Part shown: in pieces, positions 25,971 to 39,569 of the stretch
Numbering within the stretch: the first letter of the stretch is position 1
Layout of the letters: every line of letters begins with the position of its first letter
Assembly (NCBI GenBank): GCA_965235115.1
Contig: OZ249438.1
Coordinates: 18,104,001 to 18,168,000, forward strand
From: Laetmonice hystrix
Taxonomy: Eukaryota
Length of the DNA stretch: 64,000 nucleotides
Direction of reading: 5' to 3'
Notes under the pieces: generated by a model
Told to the model about the DNA's origin: nothing
The model's input: the letters and a program-made list of their open reading frames with translations, nothing else
The model's database searches: none
Translations under genes and position numbers: made by a program

Positions 25971-26488
25971 CTGACCGAAACAAGCTTCAATCAGCCACCT
26001 AGCTCAGACACTGGCCGAAACAAGCTTCAATCAGCCACCTAGCTCAGACACTGGCCGAAACAAGCTTCAATCAGCCACCTAGCTCAGACACTGGCCGAAA
26101 CAAGCTTCAATCAGCCACCTAGCTCAGACACTGGCCGAAACAAGCTTCAATCAGCCACCTAGATCAGACACTGGCCGAAACAAGCTTCAATCAGCCACCT
26201 AGCCCAGACTGGCCGAAACAAGCTTCAATCAGCCACCTAGCTTAGACACTAGCCGAAACAAGCTTCAATCAGCCACCGAGCTCAGATACTGGCCGAAACA
26301 AGCTTCAATCAGCCACCTAGCTCAAACACTGGCCGAAACAAGCTTCAATCAGCCACCGAGCTCAGATACTGGCCGAAACATGCTTCAATCAGTCACCTAG
26401 CTCAAACACTGGCCGAAACAAGCTTCAATCAGCCACCTAGCTCAGACACAAGCTTCAATCAGTCACCTAGTTCAGACACTGGCCGAAA
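25971..26488. repeat. Minisatellite, 40-bp unit CTGGCCGAAACAAGCTTCAATCAGCCACCTAGCTCAGACA, about 13 copies, degenerate tail to about 26640
   Basis: Direct reading. The tail keeps AATCAGCCATCTG cores. Confidence 0.96.
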
Positions 26489-27914
26489 TCGCCACAACCT
26501 CTGCCACCAGACACTGGCGGAATTTGCCACAAACCTCAATCAGCCATCTGGCTCAGGCACCGACGGAAAATGCCACAAACCTCAATCAGCCATCTGACAC
26601 AGACAGGGGCTGTTAACAAACCACAATCAGCCATCTGGCACAAGCACTGATGGGCGCAATAAGACACAGCCCCAACAATTCAACACAAACAATACTGCAA
26701 TAAATTGGCAAAAAAAACCAAGACATTTTCGTGCAGGAAAGGCGTTGTAATAGAGAACCTGATATCAGAGCCACTTCTCCACCTAATGTCTGCACCGCAC
26801 GCCATAAAACGGATAGTGGTCTTACGACCGACATGGCCGTCTAACAGATAAATGTTGTTCCCAAACATCTCAGAGGGAATCACCTAATCAGTCAGGGATA
26901 CTTCAACTTCACCAACCATCGGACTATGCCTGCCTCAAAAGGTTCAAGAGACACTAATAAGACGTCTTACCATACCCCACCCTCCTATTTATGACGACTG
27001 ACTATACATAGAAAATGATAGAAGAGAGCTATGTCGCTGTACTAAATAAACGTCAACCTTTCATGTGTTCTTTATGAAAAGGCATACCATAAATACTTTA
27101 AGACCCTGCATTATCCCGTATATATACCAGACAACTAGAGAGGTTATGGCTTTGGTTTAACATGAAGTATCAAGAATACCAAAAGATTTCCCTTTCATGC
27201 TTGGCGGAGGAAATGCAGCAGGATTCTGTAAATCTACCATGTAGACTTGTTACGGAAAGTCTAAAATAACAGCTAGACAGACACACTAAGAAGTACAGGT
27301 AAACAGGACAAAAACATCAGTTGGTATTGCTAGAAAATAATGGATATATATACTCTCTTGTTTACCGACAGGCTTGACCAACTGGTGTGTAAAAAATTCC
27401 TTCTGCGTACTAATGGATGTAGTCTACCAGTACTTGGAATCCAACAAATATTGTGTTTGACAGTTTTATCAGTCATTCCTCATTATGCCTTCACTACAGC
27501 ACTCTCTTTCTCTTTCTCCATTAATGACCTTGTTGGCACAAGTTACAGCAGTTGTCATCAATGGCAATAAATTCTACCAGAGTTTTTACTCTGGTTCTCA
27601 ACACACGCAATAACTGGACGCACTCCAGCCTTGCCTAGCTAGCTTATAATTTATATTCTGAAACAAAAATAACTTTTGGGCCTCTTCTCGCCTCATTTTA
27701 CACCGAATATATACAGGTACGAAGATACGCCTTCACCTGCGTCCCCATTTTTATATACTACTCACCCAGAACGTGACCCGGTTGGCAGTGTTTACGAACA
27801 CAGCCCTCAGCCTGTTTCACACCAGTCACAGCGGCCCGTTTGGCAGGCACGCTGTGGCCGCGTGCTGCCAGACCCAGAGTTCCTCAATTAGTTCAAAGTA
27901 ATCGTCAAATCATT

Positions 27915-27958
27915 ACCACCACCACCACCACCACCACCACCACCACCACCACCACCAC
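27915..27958. repeat. (ACC)n microsatellite
   Basis: Pure accaccacc run. Confidence 0.95.
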
Positions 27959-28572
27959 TGTGGTAGCTGGCACCACCGTGCTGGGTCAGGGCTCGGAACT
28001 ATTGTGATCACAAGAGTAATGTTGATTTGGTCGAGCCTGTAGCATCATGAGTAATGTACGTCCCGGGTTTTATTGACCAGGGGGACAGGCTCAACCCACA
28101 TCGGCGATTACAGCCGGCTCACCTCCCGGGTCCACATTCTCTAGTCGTTGAGATTTACCGGAGGGAGATGTACTTGCTTGAGTGGTAGCCTTCAAATTCA
28201 TGGCCGATTCAGCTAATTCTTTCATTGGCCCCAAATCAGACATTTGAACTCATTTCAACTTATACAAAACATTTTATGGCTAGCATTACGGGTAGTGTTT
28301 AATGACACGGTGACACTCGCCACGCTTGCGTCCCCGACATTAGCAGACATTACCATGATTCCAGTTTACATGCTTGATGTCTACACCCACCCACTCTACC
28401 AACCGATGAAACTTGTACTCGCAACAGCCAACAGCCAAATGCGATCGGGACGAAACGCCTGCATAGAAAACGACAACTTACGAATCCTATGCTTTCAAAC
28501 AATTAAGTTAATCTCAGAGTCGACAATTTTCTCTGCCACCTCTTACAAAACAGGCCAACCCAATCCGCTTCA

Positions 28573-28691
28573 TGCCCGATTTTCACCGGACGCGAGCGAG
28601 CCATTTGTTTTGGCGCGCGCCTCTTTCTACTTTTGACGCAAGCGCGCACACCAAAACAAATGGCTCGCTCGCGTCCGGTGTAAATCTGGCA
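28573..28691. mobile_element. Foldback/MITE-like element, about 119 bp, arms about 45 bp
   Basis: Left arm TGCCCGATTTTCACCGGACGCGAGCGAGCCATTTGTTTTGGCGCGCGC pairs with right arm GCGCGCACACCAAAACAAATGGCTCGCTCGCGTCCGGTGTAAATCTGGCA. Flanks are TCA and TTA, a possible decayed TWA TSD. Confidence 0.8.
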
Positions 28692-28917
28692 TTAATGGAG
28701 CTGGAGAAGGTGGATACAAGGGTTCCATCAACGGAGACAGAGCTGACGATTGTCACCCAACAACACGAGGTGTACATTTATAACCGACCAAGGAGGGAGA
28801 ATCGGGCATTAATGGAGCTGGAGAAGGTGGATACAAGGGTTCCATCAGGGAGACAGAACTGACGATTGTCACCCAACAACACGAGGTGTACATTTATAAC
28901 CGACCAAGGAGGGAGAA
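28688..28917. repeat. Tandem duplication of a 117-bp unit (2 copies)
   Basis: ggcattaatggagctggagaagg...ggagggaga starts at 28688 and again at 28805, with few differences. Confidence 0.92.
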
Positions 28918-30283
28918 ACACACCTGTACCTCAGACAACGCTTCCTCCTCACCTAATTCATCATCTCTACCGGCTTTACCACCCATACATCATCAGACAG
29001 CTGACCCCTGATATAATCTTACCATGTAATCTCTTCCCAAAAACTACATGTTCTACGAGTACGAACATCACATTCATCGCAAAATATACCTTCTAACAAT
29101 GCATACCTTAGCGATCAAAGTCCCGACAGACACGACCCCAAAAAAAGCCCTTGACAAATCTGTGCTCTTCAACATACCGTTTTCATATGTCTCATTGGTA
29201 TATAAAAAGGATGGATTCATGGATCAACGAGTAGTTCCTGCGGTGAAAAGGGACATATTTCCATCAGCGATGCAGCACTTCTGTTTCGCTACAAGTTACA
29301 TCATTCGTTCTCCAGCAATCATGAAGACGAGAGAGCACTGCTGTGCAGCAGATAAATCTTGGGGGCACGCAAAGGTTTGGGCCCGGCATGATAAAACAGC
29401 TGAACATGGGGAGTAGTAACCTGATGACGCCGGTGTATATAGCTGGGCCAGGGCGGCAGCCGGCTTGACGAACACAAGAAGTGTTTCTTTGGTGATCCGC
29501 ATCACTGACTTCAGGCACTGGGGCCTCGTCTAGAAGAAGGAGGCCTCACCACTACAATACTTCAACACTGGCTCGGCGCTCGCTTTCTGTCGCATTCCCT
29601 AAGGATAATTACACTTTAGGAAGGCACTGCTGTAATAACGTTGTCACATAATGTTAATTCCACCAAAGAGCATGAATCTCACGCGATTTTGATGAGTGTA
29701 ACTAAAATCATTTCATAATTAGATTTTCCTCAGACAACACTATCCACGTCAGCCTATACTAGTTTTTACAATGGTTGGCAAGAAAATAGCGCTAGCACCT
29801 TATTTTTATACATGAAATTAGAGGAAGAAATCGATGTCTTGAATTGTAATTCGCTTGCGCACATCTCTGTTCACACTTAGCTGCAGGAGAAATGTCACAA
29901 AGGAAGTCTGGTCTGGCCAGCGTCGCTTGCTGCTACGATCGATGCATCTCTCACTGATGTAGACAGTGGAGGGATATAATGATTATCGCCCATACAACAC
30001 TGTCACTTGACTTCCAAATCCTAACTTTACAAAATAAGACAAGGAGCTCGGAATAAAAAAAAACTATAGCCACATTTCCACAGGAACGTGGCTTTGTGCT
30101 ACAGCATTATATCTACCCGTATGTGTGGGTGCTTGTCATCACATGACGTAAGTTGACTTTGAATGAGGCATTGCCATAGTTGTTCTACGTCATGCCACAA
30201 TACCGATGTGATATTATTGCAATGCTACCACTCACTGCTCAGACCTTTTGTCTTTCCTGTCCCTCCCTCCCCCCCCCCCTCTC

Positions 30284-30324
<41 letters not shown>

Positions 30325-31139
30325 AGAATCCGGAGCACATATTTTTTTAAATAAAAATATTCTGAACCAAACCGGTTCAGCAACCAACCACCTGGTATCT
30401 AATTTCCTGCCAACCTCGGCTGCTATAGCCCCCACCTTCTCTGCCAATATATAACACCAAGACGGGTAAGAAAAATCTTCTTACATGATTCATGCCACTT
30501 ACAATGGCCTGGCATAGACTGGCCAAAGATCGCCCCATTAACGCCGCTCCCCTCATACATAAAAAATCGAAATCATTGCAACATGTGACCATTCAGTACA
30601 TCGGCTCGAGAAGATGAACTTGTAGAAAATTTGGGCCTAATTGAACCGAGTTGCCCTGGCACGAGAGTCGAGAGGCCTATACATGGTTTGTATTATTGCT
30701 ACAGACGTATGCTCTACTGGTCCAATCTGTCCAGGCAGCGAGGAGGCAGTGAGCAAAAGCCTTGTAGGATAAGACGCACATACATAATGTCCTTTTTATC
30801 TGCCCAATCTTATACGCTCTTATCGCTGTGTGGAAGAAATGCGACATTCATGCCGCTCAACACACACAGGCTGCGCTAGACATCCTTTTTTTAGCCAGCC
30901 TCACCATCTGCACCTGTATCCTTGCACAGAAACAAACACATTTCCAGACCTAGACATCCATTATTTTCAATTGATAGCTCCCTGGAGGAAAAGAAACAAA
31001 CATGTCCGCTGGTTGGGTGCGTATGTGCGCACTTCATCTGAAGTAAAATTCCCAGCACTAGAATTGTTGATGCTGTCGGTTAGTGAGATCTTATATGGCT
31101 GACATCGATAGACTTGTATGGTTGGAGAAAATCGACTGC

Positions 31140-31362
31140 GAGGAGTGACAGCCAAGCAAAACGAGAACCAATCCAACACCTTGTGAGCACGTGTGAGCAA
31201 TTGTAGCATTAATTGTCGACCACGGCCACCTTGGTGTGTTAGGGATGTCTTAACGCCCATCAAGGCGGCTTGAGAGTCGATGGAGATGGGCACCATTAAT
31301 TCTGCCCACCCAAGTGTTATCAAAGACACCTGTGGACACAGGTCAACCACAGCTAGAGTCAA
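31140..31362 (-). pseudogene. Possible degenerate RNase H fragment of a non-LTR retrotransposon
   Basis: The minus frame reads VPISIDSQAALMGV...LLTRAHKVLDW, and an adjacent frame reads CWIGSR. These resemble LINE RNase H motifs (I/F)SDSQAAL and WIPSH. Confidence 0.3.
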
Positions 31363-32243
31363 GGGTCAGCCGCACTGCCATATAGACTAATAGGGCCACA
31401 CCTGAAGTGGAGCAGCATGAATAATAATTCTTCCATTTACCCACACATAAACCTCACATTATCTCTATATGTTCTCTATGGTGCCAAGGACTTCCATCTG
31501 GCGAGCATTTCACACTAAATTAAGTTGGATTCGTTCATGTTTATGATAACGTTAAATATCCGTTTACGACCGATCATTTATTAATAAGCCAAACATATAT
31601 CTCTTTTTTGTAATCTCACATGTATGTTTATATCCCGACAGTTGATTTGTGGTTTTCTTTCCCATAAAAAGATCATATAGCTGTCTTCAAGGCGAGATTT
31701 CGATGTAGATTTAATAGAATAGGGTTTGGCAGCTTGGCAGCACTTCTTCATTAGTACCGTACAGGTAATTCCTACACCTGGCAAACCACATAAACTCATC
31801 AGTAAAGCCCTTTTACTTCCCACATAAAGTCTAAAAATACCCAAGCAGGAGAAACTTTGACGTATAGACTGTGTACATAAATAATCTCCGTGACCCTCCA
31901 CCAATGAATGGAGGTCGTTCCTGTGGACGCTGCACGTAAGCCGGGAGAAGGCCGAACAGGTTTACGTCATCCTCCACACAGTTTCTTTCTTCCCGCCATC
32001 CTCACATGTCTCCCTCTCTGAGAAAGCCTGTCCGTGGACCTAATCAGTGGCACATACTCGTCAGCGACACAGAGTTGCTGTTTCCCTTTGATGTGTCTTC
32101 ATATACGGCGATTCTACACTCAGAGAGCAAATCTTTTTGCCTATAAAAATGACGTTTTTATGGGGTCAATTGTCCCTGAACACAACTATTTTCTCCTGAC
32201 AAATGGCCACCTTCCTCTACACTACAGCATACTTTAATTGGCA

Positions 32244-33008
32244 ACGGCTCATCCTGTTAGCATTCAATAAAACAAAATGACCCGCCCCAGTCTACCACGG
32301 CTCATCCTGTTAGCATTCAATAAAACAAAATGACCCGCCCCAGTCTACCACGGTTCATCCTGTTAGCATTCAATAAAACAAAATGACCCGCCCCAGTTTA
32401 CCACGGTTCATCCTGTTAGCATTCAATAAAACAAAATGACCCGCCCCAGTCTACCACGGCTCATCCTGTTAGCAATCAATAAAACAAAATGACCCGCCCC
32501 AGTCCACCACGGCTCATTCTGTTGTTAGCATTCAACAAAACAAAATGACAGAGTACCGCCCCAGTCTACCACGGCTCATTCTGTTGTTAGCATTCAATAA
32601 AACAATATGACAGAGTCCCGCCCCCACTAAGTCCACCACGGCTCATCCTGTTGCAATAAAACAATATGACAGAGTCCCGCCCCCACTAAGTCCACCACGG
32701 CTCATCCTGTTGCAATAAAACAATATGACAGAGTCCCGCCCCCACTAAGTCCACCACGGCTCATCCTGTTGCAATAAAACAATATGACAGAGTCCCGCCC
32801 CCACTAAGTCCACCACGGCTCATTCTGTTGTTAGCATTCAATAAAACAATATGACAGAGTCCCGCCCCCACTAAGTCCACCACGGCTCATTCTGTTGTTA
32901 GCATTCAATAAAACAATATGACAGAGTCCCGCCCCCACTAAGTCCACCACGGCTCATCCTGTTGCAATAAGACAATATGGCAGAGTCCCGCCCCCACTAA
33001 GTCCACCA
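32244..33008. repeat. Compound minisatellite with a unit growing from 53 bp to about 60-70 bp
   Basis: Core CGGCTCAT(C/T)CTGTT...AATAAAACAA...CCCGCCCC...CCACCA, with progressive insertions along the array. Confidence 0.95.
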
Positions 33009-33721
33009 CCTTGTTTACATCAACTACTGCCCTCTATCTGACCCTCTTTCCGTCTGGTTACATTTTGTTATGAATGGTGTGGATGTCGCAGTACAGGAAT
33101 CTTATGTGAATGTCACTGCAGGAATCTTTTAATCTTCCATCATGTATCACCAGCTGTATACAACACATCATGACTACCTGAAGGTCCATTCAGTCATCAA
33201 TATAGAAGCGATCCCTGGAGTGAAATGCTAAGCGTAAGTTTATTCGACGAGGCAGCATTTCTTCAGGTCAGGGGCACCATCAGTCAGCGGAGAACTCAAG
33301 TCAAAACACAACCTTCTGTCTGAGTCTGGCCAGTCTGGTACTCAGCAACCTCTGCTAAAGGTCTGCCATACACTTGCCAACCCCATTACTTGGCACCCCT
33401 CCCTGCCCTATTGCTGGCCAAACAGGACCAATGTACCTTGTAAGACTCCCTTCCCGGCTTTTAAAAGTCACGCCATTAACAGTAATAACATTGCTTATCA
33501 CTGACTAGGGCTGGTCTTTCACTAGGAATCTATTATCTTTTTTGTCTTGCTATCCCTGGTCAAGAGTACACATGAAAAGATGACCTATATCCTAGTTGTG
33601 TTTGTTAAATTTACCACGTCTGAAGTATACTTCAAACGTGTTAGAGGTAACTTCCCATCACCATATATTCCTCAATAAATCTAAATTATACCGGTCCCTA
33701 CAAAAGCCTCCTTGTGAAAAA

Positions 33722-34041
33722 GTAATCCCAGTATAAGCCATAACTTAGGTAATGTAATCCCAGTATAAGCCATAACTTAGGTAATGTAATCCCAGTATAA
33801 GCCATAACTTAGGTAATGTAATCCCAGTATAAGCCATAACTTAGGTAATGTAATCCCAGTATAACCATAACTTAGGTAATGTAATCCCAGTATAAGCCAT
33901 AACTTAGGCAATGTAATCCCAGTATAAGCCATAACTTAGGTAATGTAATCCCAGTATAAGCCATAACTTAGGTAATGTAATCCCAGTATAAGCCATAACT
34001 TAGGTAATGTAATCCCTGTATTAGCCATAACTTAGGTAATG
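33722..34041. repeat. Minisatellite, 32-bp unit GTAATCCCAGTATAAGCCATAACTTAGGTAAT, 10 copies
   Basis: Direct reading. Confidence 0.97.
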
Positions 34042-37039
34042 AAAAATCGGATCATCCATGCATTCGTAAAATGTGGTTATCAGTCCCGTTTATTCATATG
34101 ATCCTATGATTTTCTTCTTCCCTGGCCTCCTTGTATACCGCAATACACCAATAACTTTGAGGAAAGAAAGTCTTGAAGAGGGTATGGGGAGACACTTTAG
34201 GCTTAAACTATTCTTGAACTTCCATTCGTACCACATTCCTGACGTCAGACGCTGGTTGGGAAGCTATTTCTTGACTGATTACTGATTCCACACGTAGTGG
34301 TAAATTCTATCCTGAGCTGCTTGGCGTGATGATGACGGATGTACGGACTCTAAGCGCTGTTATAGGTGCGTATTATTGACGGTGGTGCTGGCCCTCCTCA
34401 CGGTACACTCTAGACATTTAATGCCCACTTACATAGCAACGTGTGTTTCCGCTGCAACCTTCTAGCACTTCCCAATATAAAGGTGCATCTCCTTAACTCC
34501 ACCAAATATGTCAAAGAGCAAGCAGAATGAAATGTCATATTGGCATTTTGGGTTTTTCAAGTAAGCAGACTGAGCGTTGGAAGCGTACAAAACACATGTT
34601 ATGTTGAGTCTGGCATGTTTCTTTATCTTCGACCGCTGTCAGAGTGACAAAGTCTGGTTCAATTAATGACCATTTTGCAAACTAAGCAAATTATATGGCT
34701 GAGAGATAATAAAAGCATGCAACCATATGTGATGTTCCAACAATCAATATGGGCTGCTTTCTCAATGAAGAAAATGTAAATGTGAAAACGTCTGGTTGCC
34801 ACCCTTCTATAGATAAAACACCCTTGCTGGCTCCACTATATTCACAATGAAAAAGGAGGTTTTTATAAAGAGTTCAATAGAGCTTTCCGGCATAAACATG
34901 AAATCTATTCCATCAGATTTATTTTGTGGCCCCCCTCAAAACCGGCTTAGGACCTGAGGATATAGTATGCCTCACTCTCCCCCCAGCAGCACACCAATCT
35001 CTACCACATAAACCATCCTCCTGGGTGGCTGCGTAACGTATAACGATGACCTGCTGTAGCTGTTTACCATGTTCAGTCAGATCCACAATGCTCTCGTACA
35101 TTGTCCGTCGTTTTCACCGATTCTCTCTCAGACTGTATTATATTGGCTGGTACCACACTGCCATGAAGACGGTTCACCTTGACTGATCCCTGACCAGCGG
35201 CCCTCCCGCCCGCCTCCCACCTACCTACCTATAGCCGGCCACGCTGCCGCTCACCGATACGGCTCATAGAGATTCACCTCCAGCGAGCTGCGCCCGGCTT
35301 CTCCAGGCCCACCCCACCCCACCCCCACCCCCACACTCTCCAGGCGCATCGCCAACCCCCATCGACGCTCCCCCTCTACGGTCAAGCCCCCCCCCCCTCC
35401 CCCGGCGCGACCACCAATACAAAACTCCTTCAGTACACGCTCCATCTTGTAGACGGCGCTTTCCTCTGGCTGTTGACCATTTTCATGCAAGTCAAAGGAA
35501 TCTCAAGGCTGTCTGAGTAGAGTGTCTATAATTGGCGCAGTGATCAATGTGCCTGGATGTGAGCAGGTTGGCAGTGGGAGGTGGGGTGGTGGGAGGTGGG
35601 GTGGCGGGGGTTGGGGTGTGGGCGGTAAGCACCTAGTCCACTCACAGCCCGTCCACCAAGCTCACATACCATGGTCACCATCGCTATATTCACATTCCAA
35701 CCTGATCAATTCAGCACCAGAGGAAAGGTGTTCCCTGACGAGAACAGCTATTGATCATGTTGAATAACGCTTACGTCGGGCAGACCTGATGTGGAGGCTG
35801 TGTAGTCTTGTTTTGTGACACACCCCGCCCTGTCAGTCGGCTCATACACGCGGGCTTGGCCTTTACTGCCGTCACATATTAGAAAGAGGCGAATCATTGG
35901 TTTGTGGCTATATAAACACAACCTCTTAATGAATCATAATATTTGGAGGCCACTTGCGGGCGACAACTGCCCACTCGTTTGATATTTGTCTGTCAGGGGG
36001 AACCTGAGCAGTCGTCAGCAGTGTGTACTCACAGGGCATGGGCAGTGTGTGTGTCCAAGTTCCTGGTCAATACACACCGCCAGACTAACTGCGCGATACT
36101 CGGCGTACGTGTTCAGAAATGAAATACAGATCACTTCACAAAGTACATGTCTTTCTTTATTTTTTGTTTGAAAACCTGTCCGCTTTGTATGTAACATATA
36201 TGACATCTAGTACGGCCTTACAGGCTGGGAGCAATTCATAATGTTAACCCCCCGCTCCAATCAAAAGGGGAGGGGTGTCGAATATCTTGCTCGCCAACAG
36301 CAATATAGAGGTAGGAGCTATGCTGTTTTTCGTAGTTGTTTACCTGGGGAACCTAGCTCTTCATTCACTACTCAGGCAGCAAGTATACCCCCCGAGGGGC
36401 TGCCAAGTATATCCACCTGCCCGGCGTTCAAGTAATGTCGGTAATATTTGATCATAAAACTCTGAAAAGGACGATAAACATACATGACGTGCGATCCTGA
36501 CATGCTTGTACACACTGGTGCTTATACTAGCTTGCTAAGTTGGACAGATACCAACAGTACTAACTTTTCTATTTCTAAGTTCCTAGCATACAACTGGAGG
36601 TAATAAAGAAAAATAAAGTTGCCATTTACATGCCGGCATGTTTTATGACTTTATTCTAGAGTTCCCACCTGAACCCCTGTATGACTTATTCTCCATACGC
36701 CCAGAATCACACCAAGTTACAAGAAGTGAAGAAAACCCCAGGTTATGTATTCAGCGTGGCCAGCTGTCATTACACAAACTCTCCTCTAATGTCGGTGATA
36801 CAGTACCCACTTCACCCGAGACTGGTACACAACTAAAGGTACCCGAGGGCTGCGGGATGAATTCTTGCGTTGCTTGGATACCAAGCCGGACACTGCACGA
36901 CCTAATGATGTTGATAAACAGGCTGGAATTGCGGGGATGGGCCGTGGGTGGGAGGAATGAAGCTGGCAATGTGACGAGGTGACAGGTGGTCCGATCCTGG
37001 GGATCTAGTAACTCAACGGGCTACCCGTGTATCACCCTA

Positions 37040-38100
37040 CCCCCCCCCCCCCGCCCCCGCCCGACATCAGCTTGGCCGGTACTCCAGCCTCCCGATCACC
37101 CCCCCCCCCCACCCACCCGACATCAGCTTGGCCGGTACTCCAGCCTCCCGATCACCCCCCCCCCCCCCGACATCAGCTTGGCCGGTACTCCAGCCTCCCG
37201 ATCACCCCCCCCCCCACCCCACCCGACATCAGCTTGGCCGGTACTCCAGCCTCCCGATCACCCCCCCCCCCCCCGCCCGACATCAGCTTGGCCGGTACTC
37301 CAGCCTCCCGATCACCCCCCCCCCCCCCACCCGACATCAACTTGGCCGGTACTCCAGCCTCCCGATCACCCCCCCCCCCCGCCCGACATCAGCTTGGCCG
37401 GTACTCCAGCCTCCCGATCACCCCCCCCCCACCCGACATCAGCTTGGCCGGTACTCCAGCCTCCCGATCACCCCCCCCCCCCCCCGCCCGACATCAGCTT
37501 GGCCGGTACTCCAGCCTCCCGATCACCCCTCCCCCCCACCCGACATCAGCTTGGCCGGTACTCCAGCCTCCCGATCACCCCCCCACCCGACATCAGCTTG
37601 GCCGGTACTCCAGCCTCCCGATCACCCCCCCCCCCACCCGACATCAGCTTGGCCGGTACTCCAGCCTCCCGATCACCCCCCCCCCCCCACCCCACATCAG
37701 CATGGCCGGGTCCGCCTCCTGATCACCCCCCCTCCCACCCGACATCAGCATGGCCGGGTCCGCCTCCTGATCAACCCACCCCCCGACATCAGCATGGCCG
37801 GGTCCGCCTCCTGATCCCCCCCCCCCCCCGACATCAGCATGGCCGGGTCCGCCTCCTGATCACCCCCCCCCCCGACATCAGCATGGCCGGGTCCGCCTCC
37901 TGATCACCCCCCCCCCCCCACGACATCAGCATGGCCGGGTCCGCCTCCTGATCCCCCCCCCCCCCGACATCAGCATGGCCGGGGCCGGGGCCGCCTCCTG
38001 ATCACCTCCGCCCACCCACCCGACATCAGCATGGCCGGGTCCGCCTCCTGATCACCCCCGCCCCCCTCCCCCACCCGACATCAGCATGGCCGGGTCCGCC
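37040..38100. repeat. C-rich minisatellite: constant cores separated by variable poly-C tracts, two core types (about 12 type A plus 9 type B)
   Basis: Type A is CCGACATCAGCTTGGCCGGTACTCCAGCCTCCCGATCA and type B is CCGACATCAGCATGGCCGGGTCCGCCTCCTGATCA. The array explains the Pro-rich ORFs at 36986-37903. Confidence 0.95.
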
Positions 38101-38580
38101 GGTGGACAACTTCAACCAGCTGGCCGCCCCGATCAACAGGTCAGCCCAGCCCCCAGCCACAACCACCAGGAGGCAGCAGCCGCAGCATCCTCCTCCTCCA
38201 CCAAAAACATACCTGTAGTGCCTGTAGTTTCCCATCATGTCTGTCATGTCACCTGTAAGCACGCGGTATGCGGCACAAGCAATGATAAATTTGGAAGAAA
38301 CTACAGTTCCCAACCGCCGACCTTTTACAAATGAAAACGGTTGCTTGTGCTACCTGGAAGTAGATTTACAACGTCCTTTGAAACCTGACATTTAGAGGGT
38401 TCCTTAGTTTTGGCCATCTACCTGATGAATTGGCACATATGGTTCCCTTCTTTAGACTATGTAGGACATGGTGCTCTGAATCTGAAAGCCCGGTAACTTT
38501 TCCGTGCCCCATCGCCGGCAGAGCTCTGGCTTAAAATTAGCTTCAAACTGGTTGGTACTCCACTCGTCCACCAACTTGTG

Positions 38581-38950
38581 GGTCCACTGGCACGGTCCCT
38601 GGTCCACTGGCACGGTCCCTGGTCCACTGGCACGGTCCCTGGTCCACTGGCACGGTCCCTGGTCCACTGGCACGGTCCCTGGTCCACTGGCACGGTCCCT
38701 GGTCCACTGGCACGGTCCCTGGTCCACTGGCACGGTCCCTGGTCCACTGGCACGGTCCCTGGTCCACTGGCACGGTCCCTGGGCCGCTGGCACGGTCCCT
38801 GGGCCGCTGGCACGGTCCCTGGGCCGCTGGCACGGTCCCTGGGCCGCTGGCACGGTCCCTGGGCCGCTGGCACGGTCCCTGGGCCGCTGGCACGGTCCCT
38901 GGGCCGCTGGCACGGTCCCTGGGCCGCTGGCACGGTCCCTGGGCCACTGG
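38581..38950. repeat. Minisatellite, 20-bp unit in two homogenised blocks
   Basis: 10 x GGTCCACTGGCACGGTCCCT, then 8 x GGGCCGCTGGCACGGTCCCT, then GGGCCACTGG. Confidence 0.97.
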
Positions 38951-39569
38951 CTGAACAACTTGTTCCCTCGCAGGGAGAAAACCTTAATCTGGCCTTGTGA
39001 TTTGCTAATATATGACATGAAATCATATATATGGCACGGTCGACTATTTTCATCCATTACCTTTTCCCTTTCCTTAACATCTCATCCTGAAAACTGGAAG
39101 AGAAATCCCTTTTATGACTGGTGCGATTTACAAAAAATAGGACCAAGGGTCCTGTAGCTTACCAGAAAACGGTATTAATTCAACTAAACTAAATAAACTA
39201 AAAGGCACATACACATGTATAATATTTATCTTGAGTTGTCGAGAGGCACAGCACATCCAGCGGGATACCCCTTGAGCCCAGTACAGACTAAAACAGATAT
39301 TAATATTAATAGGACCTGACATAGAACTTTATAGACTATGCCATAGTAGGGCCGGGAATCCCGTCTCCACCGTCTATCGGTCGATGCGAGAGACAGACTG
39401 GTTCCCTGCCGAGAGGAGTAGGGCAGGGAACCAGCCCGCGGTCGGGATTCCCGTGACGTCATAGTCCATGGGACCCGACGAATACAATTTGTGGAAAAAC
39501 ACAGTATATAGGTTGCATCCGAAAATGAAATAAAGTTCTTCATCCTCAAGTCATGGAAGATGCACAGTT

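Noticed and set aside
37040-38100. CRISPR-like look (constant cores with variable spacers)
   Set aside because: The spacers are just poly-C tracts rather than unique sequences. There are no cas genes, and the context is a eukaryotic intron.
36986-39157. Pro-rich and GPGTV/WHGPW ORFs
   Set aside because: They are artefacts of the C-rich and 20-bp arrays.
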